From assembly GCA_021613535.1 (NCBI GenBank), contig CP075496.1, positions 8,618,001-8,682,000 of the forward strand: a stretch of DNA of 64,000 nt. The letters are read 5' to 3'. Shown one piece after another: positions 60,990-64,000 of this stretch. The translations under genes and the position numbers were made by a program. Within the stretch, counting starts at the first letter, position 1, and each line of letters begins with the position of its first letter. This DNA comes from Adineta vaga. Lineage: Eukaryota; Animalia; Rotifera. The notes below the pieces were generated by a model. That model was not told where the DNA came from and searched no databases. It saw only the letters and a list, made by a program, of their open reading frames with translations.

Positions 60990-62973
60990 TTAAACAAAAT
61001 CGCCTGGATATTCAGCACGTAATTCATTATTCGGTATAAATCTTGCATTACTCATATCTAGTCGTTCAAATTGTTTACCAATACTATCAGCTGTACATAA
61101 TCTTCGTAAAATAGCACATTTATTTTCTTCATTTTCAATCGAAGTAAACGCAAGTGTATCAATATTATCTTCAGCAACATATCGTCGAGATGAATCATCT
61201 GCTAGAATATGATAAAATGGTTGTGATGCACCTCTTGTTAAACTTGATATACCCATACGAATTTGCCAGACAGGTGATGCCATACAAGTTAAATCCCATC
61301 CACAAATAACACCCCAATAATTATATTGGATATGTTGAAATATTTGTCCGATGAAATATTTCGGTAATGAATCTTCTCGTCGTTTTTCTTCAATTACAGA
61401 AGGATTTGCATCTTGATCTTGTATTTGTTGACGTTCATCTGGATTTGAGCTGAACGGAGAAGAGAGTATATCAAATAGATGTATATCCATAGGAAAATGT
61501 TCTTTTAAAACATGCATCATGGAATCAAAAGTAAAAGGTAATGCACCAGCACCTAATATTTTAAGGACACATACAGCACCATATAAACCATATGAATTCA
61601 ATGATGATGTTGGATATTGTGTGATACTATTGATCATATTTCTTGCTGATCGACTAATTAAAATCGTTATTGATGTAATTGGTAATGGATGTTGTAAAGG
61701 TTCATCGAGAAAATCACCTAAACGCTGATTAATTTCATCGAGAGTCATTATTTTATCTAGGAAGACAAAGAGAATCAAAGTAAGAAGATTTGTTTATAAT
61801 CTGATTTACTTTCAAAAACGCTGATTATCAATGGTAAGGAAGTATCATTCGATGTCGATGATTCATGAACTTGTGCCATAACTTCACCAGGAAAACCAAG
61901 CGGTCGAGCAATTAAATTGCATTCTTCGGCCAATGCACAAAAAATTGAAACAAGCGTTAATGGAATTGTAGGTTTTCCATGAAATGCTGAGAAAATAAAC
62001 GAATTATTTATGTCATAATATTCTGTAGTACCATCTGCAGGAAGAAAATGTTCATTTTTCATTGTAGTTAAAATCAATTGACATTTTTCATGTAAAGTTA
62101 ATGTTAAAAATATTGGGTCATCAAGAAGTTGTTTACCGATTGTATGAAGACGTGCTAATTGAAGAAGAATACCATGTGGATGAAAACATTGAATAATTGA
62201 TAGAGCATTCAGTAATGCTTTTCCTTCTGTACTAATATCTTCTTGAGTTTTCATATCCTGAAGAAGAGCTAAGCCAGTTTGTCGAGATATCAATCGAGCT
62301 ATTTCTAATGAATAATATTCACGAGTAAGATTACGTGAATCAAGTGGAATTGATTTGGAAGCATCCATAGAAGGTGGAAAATAATGTTTGAACACATCAA
62401 AACCTAACAGGCCGTATGTTGACGAGATCAGATTAGCATTATGAATTCCTAAATAATATGAAAATACAGATTGTATGCAATTTCACTTGGTATCACATAG
62501 AAATTCATATGAAACTTACGATTTTTTCGAGTAGACATAATTTCATTCAGAAGAACTCGAATATGTTTATCTTGAAGTGATCTTTGTATGAAATATTTTT
62601 GCCATGTATAACCATCAGGTAGTTCAGGAGATTTCTGTGCGGCAAACAATAAATAATTTTCATTGGAATATGAAATGCTTCGAACTGAATAGGTGTACCT
62701 GAAAGAAACAAATATGATTCTATAACTATTCTGATATATGATAGATTGTAACATTTTGCGAAGTAAATTCTTTAGAATTCTCCCATTCTCATTTTCCTAG
62801 TGTACAACATTCATATACCGTTCTAGATAATACTGTTGCCATATTTTATCATCACGAACAATTACATTCAATCTACGGCATGTTTGAGCTAGAGCAGATG
62901 CTGCTTCTGGAGAAAGATGTGCAAGAATATATCTGAATAGTTCTGGCGGAAGAGCATCCAATGAGCAAGACAT
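60990..62973 (-). CDS. F-box + transglutaminase-like + YccV/HspQ domain protein (FBXO21-like); 4 exons
   Basis: F-box LDALPPELFRYIL..CRRL. YYDINNSFI..PTIPLTLVSIF..GFPGEV. YccV motif KYFIGQIFQHIQYNYWGVICGWD..QPFYHIL..RYVAEDNI. Confidence 0.88.
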
Positions 62974-64000
62974 TGTGAATATCGATATTTTATCGATAAA
63001 ATGACATATATAAAATATAAAAGTAAAATATCAGATTATATTAACTAATAGAATCATAAAAAAGAGTACAATACTGTTCAGACTCTTTTCATATTAATTG
63101 TATGAGTATGAATTCTTCTTCCAAAAAAGAAACATCGATTCTCTTCTTCTTAATCTTAAGTTCTGTTATAACAGCTGATAGTATAGCCATTAAAGGAATG
63201 AATGTGCCTCTACAAAATTTCTGACTAAAATGATAGTAAAATATGAAAAGTTTTATTATTACTCAAAAACTTTAGTGTACTGTTCATAGGAGATATGCGC
63301 ATATTAATAGACAAATGTAATTATGGGTGATGATTTGAGGATATAGATACGTTTGTTTTTGACATGTAGTATACACTGATGCACCTAACTAGTGACGCGA
63401 TGTAGATAGCATTATTCAGCACTATATTGACTGGAACAATGCACTTTTACATGAGAAAGTTGTGTGTTTATATTATCTCATAGAACGAATGATGAACGTT
63501 GATTTAATGAAGGCAATATAACATCATGAAAAAAATGATTATTTGATGTACTTGTAAACACTTGCTCTTCATCATTCTGTTTGATTAACGTAGGCATCAA
63601 TTCAAGAGATCCATTTGATTAGATCATATAATTATAATCTAAAACATAACAATCAATTCCACAATTTATCTATAGAGTTAATAATCGACCTTTTCGAGTA
63701 GTATTATAGGGACTTAGTAAAAAAAAATTTACAATCCGTACACTTAACGAAGTATATTGTTGTGAAAAGAATAGTTTCCAATAAATAAAGAAGCATTTGA
63801 ATGATTATCAAGATGATTAGCAAAGTTCAATAGTTCACTTTTATTTTCATCACTACATAGAAGGAATAAGACGTCATGATTTACCCAACCTACATCATAA
63901 CTACCAGACAGCATAAATAAGCTCCCATTTCATTAGATCGATTTAGTCACGCTGCTGCAGGAAATGGTATCTATTTATAATATTTTCTACCTCAAAACTA

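Noticed and set aside
731-61728. Many 60-100 aa ORFs antisense to or overlapping real genes (e.g. 731-967, 2591-2911, 7859-8041, 29382-29615, 47025-47243, 61519-61728)
   Set aside because: These are shadow frames of coding exons or AT-rich noise with no recognisable motifs.
63000-64000. Possible gene or element at the window end
   Set aside because: No ORF of 60 aa or more, and no recognisable repeat or RNA gene.

Overview
Very AT-rich eukaryotic genomic DNA. It is gene-dense, with short (mostly ~50-60 nt) GT-AG introns, and its gene content is typical of a bdelloid rotifer: orphan 7TM receptor arrays, ART-TPR and ART-LRR proteins, an ARM-TIR protein and many fungal- or bacterial-looking genes. 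The taxon is inferred, not proven. About 30 genes or pseudogenes can be reconstructed. These include two TRPA-like channels, each next to a GPCR cluster, an NADPH oxidase, an ABC1 kinase, AGTRAP-like, GLUT-like and FBXO21-like genes, and GT13, GH43, NmrA and aspartyl-protease genes. The most striking region is about 14-28.5 kb, a compact cluster that resembles an animal 'defence island'. It holds a DUF6939/NADAR-like protein, a knottin-type secreted peptide, a pseudo-ART-LRR, a kinase-less IRE1/RNase L-type KEN ribonuclease with two CCCH zinc fingers inserted into it, a coiled-coil-MLLE protein, a membrane-anchored NEURL4-type ADP-ribosyltransferase and an ARM-TIR-SAM protein. A ~21-bp-period TACTGATCA array sits next to telomere-like G-rich repeats at 42.3-42.7 kb. 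Four single-base frameshifts look like assembly errors. All family calls come from motif recognition by eye; no database searches were run.
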